In this document: positions 28,301 to 37,480 of the stretch, piece by piece
How positions within the stretch are numbered: position 1 is the stretch's first letter
Layout of the letters: every line of letters begins with the position of its first letter
NCBI GenBank assembly: GCA_017631635.1
Contig: JAGBSX010000048.1
Location: 5,626 to 69,625 of the forward strand
Direction: 5' to 3'
Origin: Clostridia bacterium
GTDB lineage: Bacteria; Bacillota; Clostridia; Christensenellales; RUG350
DNA length: 64,000 nucleotides
Translations under genes and position numbers: made by a program
The notes under the pieces: model-generated
Told to the model about the DNA's origin: nothing
Databases searched by the model: none
What the model saw: only the letters and a program-made list of their open reading frames with translations

Positions 28301-28436
28301 AATTATCTCCTTAGGATATATTATAATGTAACGAGAGATATTAGTCAACTTTAGGTGCAAAAAAAAATTTTTGCATTATATTGTTGAAAATGTCTATTAG
28401 TTTGTGTTATACTTAAAAAAACCCTAGGAGGTAATT

Positions 28437-28919
28437 ATGGCTAAGAAATCTACCAAAAAATCAATGCCCAACAATTTGTTTAGCGCATTATGTATGCTAG
28501 CGATAGGTATACTACTCATAGTGCTCAAGACTAGCGCTATTTCTATCGCTATGACGATATTTGGAGTGTATCTCATATACAAGGGAGTGGTGACTATATT
28601 GTCCAAAGACTTGGTCAAAGGATTGATAGTAGGGGTGATAGGTATAGCATTGATTACCTGTGGTTGGTTGTTTGTGACCGTGGCGCTATACGTGTTGGCT
28701 GCAGTACTACTCATCAACGGTATCGGCGATATACTCTCTCTAGTGAGGAGGGGTGGCAAGCCTAATCTCGCAGAGTATCTATCTCCACTACTCATGACGA
28801 TAGCAGGAGTGCTACTCATATTTGCCCAAGGAGAGACTTTGTCGTGGATGTTTATAGTAGTAGGAGCGCTAGTAGTACTCAAGTCTTTGCTTATGATATT
28901 TAGGAGTGCCAAGAAGTAA
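28437..28919 (+). CDS. small membrane protein (DUF308/HdeD-like?)
   Basis: 160 aa, about 5 hydrophobic helices, AGGAGG RBS. Family assignment is tentative. Confidence 0.45.
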   Translation: MAKKSTKKSMPNNLFSALCMLAIGILLIVLKTSAISIAMTIFGVYLIYKGVVTILSKDLVKGLIVGVIGIALITCGWLFVTVALYVLAAVLLINGIGDILSLVRRGGKPNLAEYLSPLLMTIAGVLLIFAQGETLSWMFIVVGALVVLKSLLMIFRSAKK

Positions 28920-28920
28920 T

Positions 28921-29481
28921 ATGAAGGTACTAATAGCATCAGATTTGCACGGTTCTATATATTACGTAGACAAACTGATAGAGAGAATAAAGGTAGAGAA
29001 CCCCGACCGTATCATACTGCTAGGAGATATACTCTATCACGGACCACGCAACGATTTGCCTAGCGAATATTCGCCCAAGAGCGTCATATCTGCGCTCGCA
29101 CCATATAGCGACAAGATAATCGCCGTGAGGGGCAACTGTGATGCAGAGGTGGACTTGATGGTGCTACCTTTTGAGGTGAAGAGTAGATACGTATTTGGCA
29201 TAGGTGGACGCAAGGTGTATGCTACGCACGGACATCACTTCAATCCTAGCGCCATGCCTAGGTGTCTTAGGGAGGGGGATATACTACTCACAGGGCATAC
29301 GCACGTAGTAGCCAACTGTGACGTGGACGGAGTGAGATATCTCAACCCTGGCTCTATCTCTATACCCAAACAAGGTACGCCTAGGGGATATATAGTGGTA
29401 GAAGAGGGCGCATTTGTATTTCGAGACCTAGACGGGGTGGAGTATGATAGATATATCTACAAAAACCACGCTAATTGTTGA
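28921..29481 (+). CDS. YfcE-family metallophosphoesterase
   Basis: MKVLIASDLHGS...LLGDILYHGPRN...GNCD...GHTH motifs. ATG immediately after the upstream stop. Confidence 0.8.
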   Translation: MKVLIASDLHGSIYYVDKLIERIKVENPDRIILLGDILYHGPRNDLPSEYSPKSVISALAPYSDKIIAVRGNCDAEVDLMVLPFEVKSRYVFGIGGRKVYATHGHHFNPSAMPRCLREGDILLTGHTHVVANCDVDGVRYLNPGSISIPKQGTPRGYIVVEEGAFVFRDLDGVEYDRYIYKNHANC

Positions 29482-29506
29482 CAACTAGCCAATAGTGTGC
29501 TAAAAT
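29478..29506 (+). promoter_or_regulatory. promoter of the SCIFF operon
   Basis: TTGACA (29478-29483), 17 nt, TAAAAT (29501-29506). Confidence 0.55.
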
Positions 29507-29539
29507 CTATGTAGCAAAAGGACATAGGAGGATATAACT

Positions 29540-29686
29540 ATGAATAGAATCAAGACTATCAGCACCAGAGACGTGAACAAGTCTGTCAAGACAGGTGGTT
29601 GTGGAGAGTGCCAAACTTCTTGCCAATCTGCTTGCAAAACTTCTTGCGGAGTTGCTAACCAAAAGTGCGAAAACGTTAACAAATAA
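29540..29686 (+). CDS. scfA: six-cysteine ranthipeptide precursor SCIFF (48 aa)
   Basis: Not in the ORF track. My translation is MNRIKTISTRDVNKSVKTGGCGECQTSCQSACKTSCGVANQKCENVNK. AGGAGG RBS at 29526-29531. GGCGECQTSCQSACKTSC is the SCIFF core. Confidence 0.9.
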   Translation: MNRIKTISTRDVNKSVKTGGCGECQTSCQSACKTSCGVANQKCENVNK

Positions 29687-29706
29687 GTTTTTGACAAGAT
29701 TGCACA

Positions 29707-29734
29707 AAACGCTGTCCGTGTGACAGCGTTTTTT
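29707..29734 (+). terminator. intra-operon attenuator/terminator between precursor and maturase
   Basis: AAACGCTGTC-cgtgt-GACAGCGTTT followed by TTT. Confidence 0.7.
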
Positions 29735-29749
29735 GTGTCAGGGGAGTAT

Positions 29750-31123
29750 ATGATACATCAATACAAATTAAATGGATACAATATAGTGCTAGACGTGGCT
29801 AGTGGTAGTGTGCACGTGGTAGACGAGGTCGCCTACGACGTGATATCTATGTACAAAGACCATAGCGAGGAGGATATCATATCCACCTTGTCCACCACTT
29901 ATGCTAGTGATGGCGTCACCAAAGAGGATATAGCAGAGTGTATAGCAGACGTACGCGCTCTAGAGAGTGATGGCAAACTATTTACTCGTGATATATACGA
30001 GGGGCTAGCGCGCAATTACAAGAACAATTCTAAAGTGGTCAAAGCCCTATGCTTGCACGTGGCTCATACTTGCAATCTCAATTGTAGTTATTGCTTTGCC
30101 TCACAGGGCAAGTATCAAGGAGACAGAGCCTTGATGACCTACGAGGTGGGCAAGAGAGCATTTGACTACCTCATAGAGAACTCCGGCACTAGGACCAATC
30201 TAGAGGTTGACTTCTTCGGTGGAGAGCCTCTCATGAATTGGGAGGTCGTCAAACGCCTAGTACAGTACGCTCGTAGCATAGAGAAAGAACACGGCAAAAA
30301 CTTTAGATTTACCCTCACTACCAACGGACTAGGTATCACCGACGAGGTGATAGACTTTTGCAACCGAGAGATGTCCAACGTGGTGCTATCTCTAGACGGC
30401 AGGAGAGAGGTGCACGATAGGTTTAGAGTGGACTACAAGGGAGAGGGTAGTTATGAGAGGATATTGCCCAAGTTTAAGCAACTAGTAGAGGCTAGAGAGG
30501 GCAAGAATTATTATATGAGGGGTACTTTTACCCACTTCAATACCGACTTTACCAAGGATATATTGCATATGGCAGACCTAGGCTTCAAGGAACTGTCTAT
30601 GGAGCCCGTGGTGTGTCCACAGGGAGACCCTTACGCATTGACGGAGGAGGATTTGCCTATCCTACTAGAGCAGTACGAGATACTAGCGCGTGAGATGATA
30701 GAGCGAAATAAACGTGGAGAGGGATTTACCTTCTACCACTATATGCTAGATCTCAAAAACGGACCTTGTATCTACAAGCGTATCACAGGTTGTGGATCGG
30801 GTACGGAGTATATGGCTGTCACCCCTTGGGGAGACCTATACCCTTGTCATCAATTCGTAGGTGATGAGAAGTACAAACTAGGAGATATATGGACAGGTGT
30901 CACCAATACTTCTGTGCAAGATGAATTTCGCTCCTGCAACGCATATTGCAGAGAGGAGTGCAAGGATTGTTGGGCTAGATTGTATTGTTCGGGTGGTTGT
31001 GCCGCCAACGCCTATCACGCTAGTGGTAGTATCAACGGTGTGTACAGTTATGGTTGCGAATTGTTCAAGAAGCGTATAGAGTGCGCCGTGATGATACAAG
31101 TAGCAGAGGACGACAATGTATGA
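29750..31123 (+). CDS. scfB: radical SAM/SPASM SCIFF maturase (thioether cross-link forming)
   Basis: CNLNCSYC radical-SAM motif and a C-terminal Cys-rich SPASM region (CGSG...C..C...LYCSGGC). Immediately downstream of scfA. ATG 29750 chosen because the GTG 29720 extension runs through the terminator hairpin. Confidence 0.9.
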   Translation: MIHQYKLNGYNIVLDVASGSVHVVDEVAYDVISMYKDHSEEDIISTLSTTYASDGVTKEDIAECIADVRALESDGKLFTRDIYEGLARNYKNNSKVVKALCLHVAHTCNLNCSYCFASQGKYQGDRALMTYEVGKRAFDYLIENSGTRTNLEVDFFGGEPLMNWEVVKRLVQYARSIEKEHGKNFRFTLTTNGLGITDEVIDFCNREMSNVVLSLDGRREVHDRFRVDYKGEGSYERILPKFKQLVEAREGKNYYMRGTFTHFNTDFTKDILHMADLGFKELSMEPVVCPQGDPYALTEEDLPILLEQYEILAREMIERNKRGEGFTFYHYMLDLKNGPCIYKRITGCGSGTEYMAVTPWGDLYPCHQFVGDEKYKLGDIWTGVTNTSVQDEFRSCNAYCREECKDCWARLYCSGGCAANAYHASGSINGVYSYGCELFKKRIECAVMIQVAEDDNV

Positions 31124-32433
31124 ATACCCCTATTAGCGATTTTGTAGACAAGTATATAGAGTCCTCTACTATTAGACTACATATGCCTGGTCACAAGGGT
31201 GTAGGGGATATGGAGAGATACGATATCACCGAGATAGCAGGCGCAGACGTGCTGTACCATAGCGACGGTATCATCAGGGAGAGCGAGAGAAATCTAGAGA
31301 AACTATACTCCACTAGTCGTAGTGTGTATTCGACAGAAGGCTCGACACTCTCTATCAAGGCTATGCTCACTCTAGCGTATATGAGTGGCGTGCGTAGGAT
31401 AATCGCACCTCGCAACGTGCACAAGGCTTTTGTCTACGCAGTAGCACAGATAGGACTAGAGGTGGAGTGGATATCTACCACTTCGCTAGATATATGCAGT
31501 AGTCCCCTCGATATAGAGAGATTGGAGAGTGTACTGTCTAATGATAGTGACGGTGTGGCAGTATACGTGACCACCCCTGATTATCTAGGCAATATGCTAG
31601 ACGTGAAGGCTATATCCAAGTGTTGCAGAGCGCATAGAGTACCACTACTAGTAGACAATGCTCACGGTGCGTACCTTAGATATCTGCCCAAGGATATGCA
31701 CCCTATATCTCTAGGGGCTAGTATGTGTGTGGATTCGGCACACAAGACGCTATCAGTACTCACAGGAGGAGGATATCTGCACCTAGCCAAAGATGCCAAC
31801 GCTATATGGATAGATAACGTAGAGAGGGCTATGGCTATGTATGCTAGTACCTCTCCTTCGTACCTAATACTGCGTTCTCTAGATAGGCAAAATGCCTATA
31901 TGGATAGCGACTATCGCAGAGACCTTCTTGAGGCGACGGATAGAGTGGTGGCGTTGAGAGAAAACCTCATCTCCCACGGATATACTCTAGTAGGAGACGA
32001 GCCTCTCAAGGTGAGTATAGATTGCTCCTCGTATGGATATAATGGAGGGGAGATAGAGGGTGTATTGAGAGCAGAGGGGATAGAGGTAGAGTATAGTGAC
32101 GAGAGGTATATCGTGATGATGTATAGCGAGCGAAATACCCTAGAGGATATTCGCAAAGTGTCTAGCGTCCTCACTAGCATACCTCCCAAACCACCTGTGG
32201 AGATACCTCCTATGACTTTGCCTACGCCAACTAGGGCTATGAGCATAAGAGATGCGCTATATAGCCAAGTCGAGAAGATAGACGTCAAGAGAGCAGAGGG
32301 TAGAGTGTACTCTGACACGCTCATATCTTGCCCACCAGCCATACCAGTACTGATGAGTGGCGAGATAGTATCTAGAGAGGCTATCGACCTAATGCAAAAT
32401 TTGGGAATTAGTCATATAAACGTAGTGAAATAA
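31120..32433 (+). CDS. PLP-dependent Orn/Lys/Arg decarboxylase-family enzyme
   Basis: RLHMPGHKG and DSAHKTL (PLP lysine) motifs. ATGA overlap with the scfB stop. Confidence 0.7.
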   Translation: MNTPISDFVDKYIESSTIRLHMPGHKGVGDMERYDITEIAGADVLYHSDGIIRESERNLEKLYSTSRSVYSTEGSTLSIKAMLTLAYMSGVRRIIAPRNVHKAFVYAVAQIGLEVEWISTTSLDICSSPLDIERLESVLSNDSDGVAVYVTTPDYLGNMLDVKAISKCCRAHRVPLLVDNAHGAYLRYLPKDMHPISLGASMCVDSAHKTLSVLTGGGYLHLAKDANAIWIDNVERAMAMYASTSPSYLILRSLDRQNAYMDSDYRRDLLEATDRVVALRENLISHGYTLVGDEPLKVSIDCSSYGYNGGEIEGVLRAEGIEVEYSDERYIVMMYSERNTLEDIRKVSSVLTSIPPKPPVEIPPMTLPTPTRAMSIRDALYSQVEKIDVKRAEGRVYSDTLISCPPAIPVLMSGEIVSREAIDLMQNLGISHINVVK

Positions 32434-32610
32434 AAAAACACGTGTTATAACAAAACAATGTGTTTTTGATAACAAGCAACAACAAAAAACGGTCAAATGT
32501 CCAACGAAGAGGCATTTGACCGTTATTTTTAGTTAAAATTATTAACTACTTGTCGTTGTTAAAATTTGATATGCAAAGTGATTTGTTCATCTAACCTGCA
32601 CACTATATTT

Positions 32611-33342
32611 TTAGTCGGCATTAGTATATCCATTTTTTACTATTTCTGTAGAGAGTTCTTTGTACGTTCTGCTGAAAATTGTTTTTGATACTACAAATAT
32701 GGCAAGAAAAACAATATCTACAACTATAAAACCAGACAATCCTGAAAAATTTGCAAAATACGAAAGTTGTGGTAACGAAGAAGTAGCTTCAAACATTTTT
32801 AGGAAAAAAAAGTTGAAGACAATGGAAAAACAGAAATACATAATAGTAATGGTAATAGGGCGTTGACTTTGATATAGCTTCACATAATATTTATTATCAT
32901 TCTTTGATATTTGTGCGTATTCAATCATTGCATATTCTTCGGGGTTTTGCATACTACGTATACCATTGTAAATGCTTTTTCCACATTGTACAATAGAAGA
33001 AAAAGCAGTTAACACTGTTGAAAATGGTAAAATGCAAAATAAAAGGGCAACTCCTGCATCATTACCAGAACCGTTTAACGTTAATTGCAAACTGTCAATA
33101 AGACCGTCTACTATAGAAAAATTTTCAGCAAATACATACTGGCCGTTTTTAATATTTTCTTGTGTTAATTGACCTAGTAGGTTGAGTGGCAACTCTGATA
33201 AAGGAATACTTTTGGTCGTTTGCAAAACAGGTACGAATAATAAGACAAAAACCATAATTAATGAACATGCGCTCAAAATCAAGTTAAACAAATTTACTTT
33301 TTTAAATTTGTCAAGGTATTGTAAATAAGGTTTTGATTCCAT
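32611..33342 (-). CDS. hypothetical membrane protein (AT-rich island)
   Basis: 243 aa, about 5 hydrophobic helices. Codon usage differs from the flanking core genes. Confidence 0.5.
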   Translation of the reverse strand: MESKPYLQYLDKFKKVNLFNLILSACSLIMVFVLLFVPVLQTTKSIPLSELPLNLLGQLTQENIKNGQYVFAENFSIVDGLIDSLQLTLNGSGNDAGVALLFCILPFSTVLTAFSSIVQCGKSIYNGIRSMQNPEEYAMIEYAQISKNDNKYYVKLYQSQRPITITIMYFCFSIVFNFFFLKMFEATSSLPQLSYFANFSGLSGFIVVDIVFLAIFVVSKTIFSRTYKELSTEIVKNGYTNAD

Positions 33343-33457
33343 AAAACTTTCTCCTTTTGTAAAAACAATAAAATTAAGCTCAAATTAATGATATGATTAT
33401 ACAAGAAGTTTTCTTCTTTGTCAAGTATTTTAAGAAGTTTTATTCTATAATAAAAGT

Positions 33458-33667
33458 ATGACGGTTGGAGAAAAAATAAAAGAATTAAGGATTGATAAGG
33501 GTTGGTCTCAAGCACAACTGGGTAAAATGGTAAACGTTAGTCAAAAAGCAGTTGATTATTGGGAGCGAAACGTCAACGAGCCGAAAGCAAGTTATTTAAT
33601 TGCTCTTGTACATGTTTTTGGCTTGTCGTTTGATGATTTTTTTTATGATTTAAGTACGAAAGATTAA
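33458..33667 (+). CDS. XRE-family HTH regulator
   Basis: IKELRIDKGWSQAQLGKMVNVSQKAVDYWE is an HTH_3 motif. Confidence 0.8.
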   Translation: MTVGEKIKELRIDKGWSQAQLGKMVNVSQKAVDYWERNVNEPKASYLIALVHVFGLSFDDFFYDLSTKD

Positions 33668-33847
33668 ATAGCACGGAGTACCGTGCTTTTTTATTGAGGT
33701 TAAAGACAAGGGCTTTTTTAACCGTATTTAATAATCTTTTGATAAAGTTATTAAAAATTTTTTGACAATACTCAATAAAACGATTAATAAAAGTATGTAA
33801 CTAGTTAGTTACTTAGATATTTTTTTAATGTAGTCAAGTGAATATGA

Positions 33848-34420
33848 CTACATAGGAGGTTTATATGTGGACTGAACAAATGCTATGTATTCTTCTAAAC
33901 TTGTGATATAATTATTATACAAAGTCTCTTTTTTGAGTATGCTATGAAAACGCTCCATTGGAGAGTCGTCAATAGGCGTGCCTTTACGGCTCATGGAAAT
34001 GGTGATTCCATTAGCTTCACAGATGGCTTTGTATTCAAAGGACGTGTATTGAAACCCTTGGTCACTGTGAATGATTAGGTTTTTCACGTTTTTTTTTGCT
34101 ATTGCTTCGTTTAACGTATCCGTCACAAGAGAAATATTATTAAATTTCCCTATTCTATACGCAACAATTCTTCTATCATACAAATCTATTATTGTAGATA
34201 AATATGCTCGTTTCTCGTTGTGTATTAAATATGTTATGTCAGTCAACCAAACTTTGTTTGGAGCAGTAGAATTAAAATTACGTTTTATTAAATTAGGCTT
34301 AACGTTTTCTACTATTTGACGATATTTAGGTTTTGTTTTAATTCTCTTTACATATTCAGGTTTTAAGGCGTATTTTGCCATAATTCGTTGAACTTTTTTG
34401 TGATTAAATATGCGTGTCAC
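33848..34420 (-). mobile_element. IS3-family transposase OrfB fragment (5'-truncated, no OrfA)
   Basis: DDE core WLTDITYL...HSDQGFQYTS...PMERFHSILKKE. Only 190 aa, starts at a GTG with no RBS, and there is no upstream orfA or frameshift site. Confidence 0.75.
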
Positions 34421-34482
34421 TCATAGGGATTTTAATTGAATAATTTATAAAACTCGACTTGTGAAAAGTCGAGTTCTGTTTA

Positions 34483-34833
34483 TTATTTCTCTTTAAGTGT
34501 TTTGCACGAAGAAATTAACATTTTTCGTATTGCACCACAATCGTTATTTAGTTTTTTATATTGATTTTCTTCTAAATAGCCTGTTTCAAAAAGCAATTCC
34601 AACCAATATTCACTTTCAAAGCACTCTTTTAATGCTATATCAAGTTTTGAAATAAAATCAGCCGTTCCTTGAGCGTACTGCGCTTAGTGGATATTTGCAC
34701 CAATACTTGTTCCCGAACGCAATAGTTGATTAGTTAATACACTTTCTTTATTGTTGGCTTTAATTTCTCTTGTAATAAATACAATGTTTTTAGCAAACTC
34801 TTTTGCTTTTTCTCTTAAAATGCTTTCACGCAT
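34483..34833 (-). pseudogene. four-helix-bundle protein (TIGR02436 / 23S IVS protein / Avd-like) with an in-frame TAA
   Basis: My translation is MRESILREKAKEFAKNIVFITREIKANNKESVLTNQLLRSGTSIGANIH*AQYAQGTADFISKLDIALKECFESEYWLELLFETGYL... The stop at 34684-34686 sits where the family has GANI(A/H)EA. Confidence 0.65.
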
Positions 34834-34868
34834 ACAATAATTATAGCATAAATCAAGTTTTTAGTAAA

Positions 34869-35077
34869 GTGATATTGTTTGCATAGCAAACAGTTATATT
34901 TTTAGAGCAAGTCTAAAAGTTATATTTTGACCTGTGGTCAAAGTTATATTATATTTGCCACAACTCGCCGATAGGCGAATATCACTTTGCGTAGCAAAAT
35001 ATAACGCCGTAAGCATATAACTTGCCGAAAGGCAAATATAGTTGTGGCGTAGTGATAAATCCCTATCACTACGCCAC
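34869..35077 (-). repeat. hairpin-array element copy E2
   Basis: Core GTTATATTATATTTGCCACAAC at 34943-34964 (reverse complement of GTTGTGGCAAATATAATATAAC). 14-bp terminal hairpin GTGGCGTAGTGATA/TATCACTACGCCAC at 35044-35077. Mini-hairpins separated by AGTTATAT / AATATCAC / AATATAAC. Confidence 0.8.
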
Positions 35078-35125
35078 TAATCGTTAGTCCTATTTGATGA
35101 CAATTAAGTCGTGTCTACGTGTGGT

Positions 35126-36064
35126 TTAGTGCAGATATTTGGCTACGAAGTCCCTATATATTTGCTCGTATCTAGGAGTGTCTACTATATATGACGTACC
35201 GTGTCCTGCTCTAGCGAAAGTGTGTAGCGTGATATTGTCGCTCAACTGGGCTATCTTTTTACTCATATCCACAGGTACTAGTTCGTCATCTTCGCCGTGC
35301 ACTATCACAGTAGGTAGATGCGTGAGGGGTGCTGACTTGAGTGGAGATGCGCTCTCTATACCAAATCTACCGTATAGCCTAGCGCCTATCTTGAGTAGGG
35401 GATAGACTAGGGTGGGATTGAGTTTTCTACTAGCACATTCGCTCTTGAGTATGCTATCTACCGAACTGTATGGACAGTCTGCCATTATACATTTGACGGT
35501 AGGAGGTAGAGGTAGGTCTCCACACATTAGCACGGTAGCGCCACCCATAGACACTCCACACAATGCGACCGGCATAGTGGGATATCTTCGTTCGAGATAT
35601 TCTACCCAAGAGAGTACGTCATATCTCTCTAGTATGCCAAACGATATGGTCTTGCCTTCGCTAAGTCCGTGTGCGCGTTGGTCGATAAGTAGGGCGTTGT
35701 GCCCTAGGTCAAGCGCCATACGCAGTCCACCACTCATATCTCTCAGTCCACTACCTTTGTAGCCGTGGCACAATACGTGTATAGGCTTGCTCTCGTCATT
35801 GATATATAGTCTAGCCGATAGCCTCAAGCCATCGTCGGAGGTGACAAATACTCTCTCGTAGGGGAGTTTGGCATTTGTCTCTATGACGGGGACAAAGTCG
35901 TCGTACTGTTGTTTGAGGAGGGGGTCTTGGGATAGGGGATAATATATATCACGATTTTTGATAGGATTAAAAAAGGCTTGTCTATAGGCGTAGTATGAGC
36001 CACCTATGAGGACAAGTGCTATTAGTAATATCACGATTGCCAATATATACCACCACATAATCAA
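35126..36064 (-). CDS. alpha/beta hydrolase with an N-terminal membrane anchor
   Basis: HGYKGS, nucleophile elbow GVSMGG, HGEDD. Confidence 0.75.
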   Translation of the reverse strand: MIMWWYILAIVILLIALVLIGGSYYAYRQAFFNPIKNRDIYYPLSQDPLLKQQYDDFVPVIETNAKLPYERVFVTSDDGLRLSARLYINDESKPIHVLCHGYKGSGLRDMSGGLRMALDLGHNALLIDQRAHGLSEGKTISFGILERYDVLSWVEYLERRYPTMPVALCGVSMGGATVLMCGDLPLPPTVKCIMADCPYSSVDSILKSECASRKLNPTLVYPLLKIGARLYGRFGIESASPLKSAPLTHLPTVIVHGEDDELVPVDMSKKIAQLSDNITLHTFARAGHGTSYIVDTPRYEQIYRDFVAKYLH

Positions 36065-36159
36065 ATGATATCACACAAAATAAAACTTTGCAATAAAATT
36101 TGCCAAAAACAAAAAAAATTAGCACATTAAGATAATGTGCTAAATAATTTTATACTATA

Positions 36160-37473
36160 TTATACGTCTAGGTCGTGTAGGCAGTCCCAACTCTCTCTCT
36201 TGACGGCTAGATAATGCTCATTACCTCTTAGCATCACTACAGGTGGCCTAGCCACTCGGTTGTAGTTGGACGCCATAGAGTAATTGTATGCGCCAGTCGT
36301 GAGACAGGCTACTATATCTCCTCTAGAGGTAGTAGAAGGCATATATACGTCTGGTTGTATGATATCTCCACTCTCGCAACATCTACCTACCACAGAGCAT
36401 AGCATATCTCTATCTTGGGTGAGTCTAGAGAGATTGAGTAGAGTATATCTAGAGGAATATAGCGCATAGCGAGGATTGTCCGTCATACCACCGTCTACGG
36501 ATACGTAATTCTTGTAGCCAGGTATGCGTTTGAGAGAGCCTACCGTGTATAGAGTAAGTCCACTATCTGCCACTATCGACCTGCCTGGCTCGAAGTATAT
36601 AGCAGGCATATCTATACCTAGGCTAGCCACTTTGTCTTTGATGAAGGTGGCTACCTTGAGGATATTTTGGCGAATATCAATGCTTGGGTCTAGGCTAGTG
36701 TACCTCACGCCGTATCCACCACCTAGGTCTAGTCTAGATATGGTGTAGGATAGAGTGTCTTTGACCTCTTTGATGAAGTCTAGCATCACTCCTGCCGTGG
36801 CGAGATACACCTCTGAGTCAAATACTTGCGAACCCACGTGACAATGATAGCCTATTAGGTTGATAGAGGGGAGTGTGAGTGCCAATGACGTGATAGCCAT
36901 GGCTTGTCCAGTCTCTATGGCGCTACCAAATTTGCTATCCACCTTGCCAGTAGCGACGGCAGAGTAGGTGTGAGGGTCTATACCTGGGGTAATGCGTAGA
37001 TATATATCTTGGACTCGTCCCATATCGCTAGCGATAGTGGATATGGCTCTGAGTTCGTCTTCGCTATCTACTGCTAGTACGCCTACGCCCATAGAGAGTG
37101 CGTAGCGAATATCCTCGTCAGTCTTGTTGTTGGAGTGATAGCAAGCCTTGCTCATATCAAATCCTGCCTTGACGGCTGTGGCTATCTCGCCAGGAGACAC
37201 CACGTCGATACCCATACCCATATCACTCATTATGCGATATATTTGCTTAAAGGAGCAGGCTTTGGATGCGTAGTACACCCCACCTTGAGTGCCAAAGGCC
37301 TCACGGACGGCATCTAGGTAGGTGCGACACCTATCTCTGATACGGTCCTCGTCCATCACGTATAGAGGAGTACCATAAATGCGAGCAAGCGCCATTACGT
37401 CGTGCTCGCCCATATATAGTCTACCGTCACGGATAGATAAATTTTGGCATATCAAATCATTGGTAATATTCAT
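36160..37473 (-). CDS. lysA: diaminopimelate decarboxylase
   Basis: YASKA (PLP Lys region), GGGYGV, and CESGD motifs. Confidence 0.9.
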   Translation of the reverse strand: MNITNDLICQNLSIRDGRLYMGEHDVMALARIYGTPLYVMDEDRIRDRCRTYLDAVREAFGTQGGVYYASKACSFKQIYRIMSDMGMGIDVVSPGEIATAVKAGFDMSKACYHSNNKTDEDIRYALSMGVGVLAVDSEDELRAISTIASDMGRVQDIYLRITPGIDPHTYSAVATGKVDSKFGSAIETGQAMAITSLALTLPSINLIGYHCHVGSQVFDSEVYLATAGVMLDFIKEVKDTLSYTISRLDLGGGYGVRYTSLDPSIDIRQNILKVATFIKDKVASLGIDMPAIYFEPGRSIVADSGLTLYTVGSLKRIPGYKNYVSVDGGMTDNPRYALYSSRYTLLNLSRLTQDRDMLCSVVGRCCESGDIIQPDVYMPSTTSRGDIVACLTTGAYNYSMASNYNRVARPPVVMLRGNEHYLAVKRESWDCLHDLDV

Positions 37474-37480
37474 AATATCC

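Noticed and set aside
33848-34420. An active IS3 insertion sequence.
   Set aside because: Only the C-terminal two-thirds of OrfB is present. There is no OrfA, no frameshift window and no recognisable terminal inverted repeats. It is a remnant.
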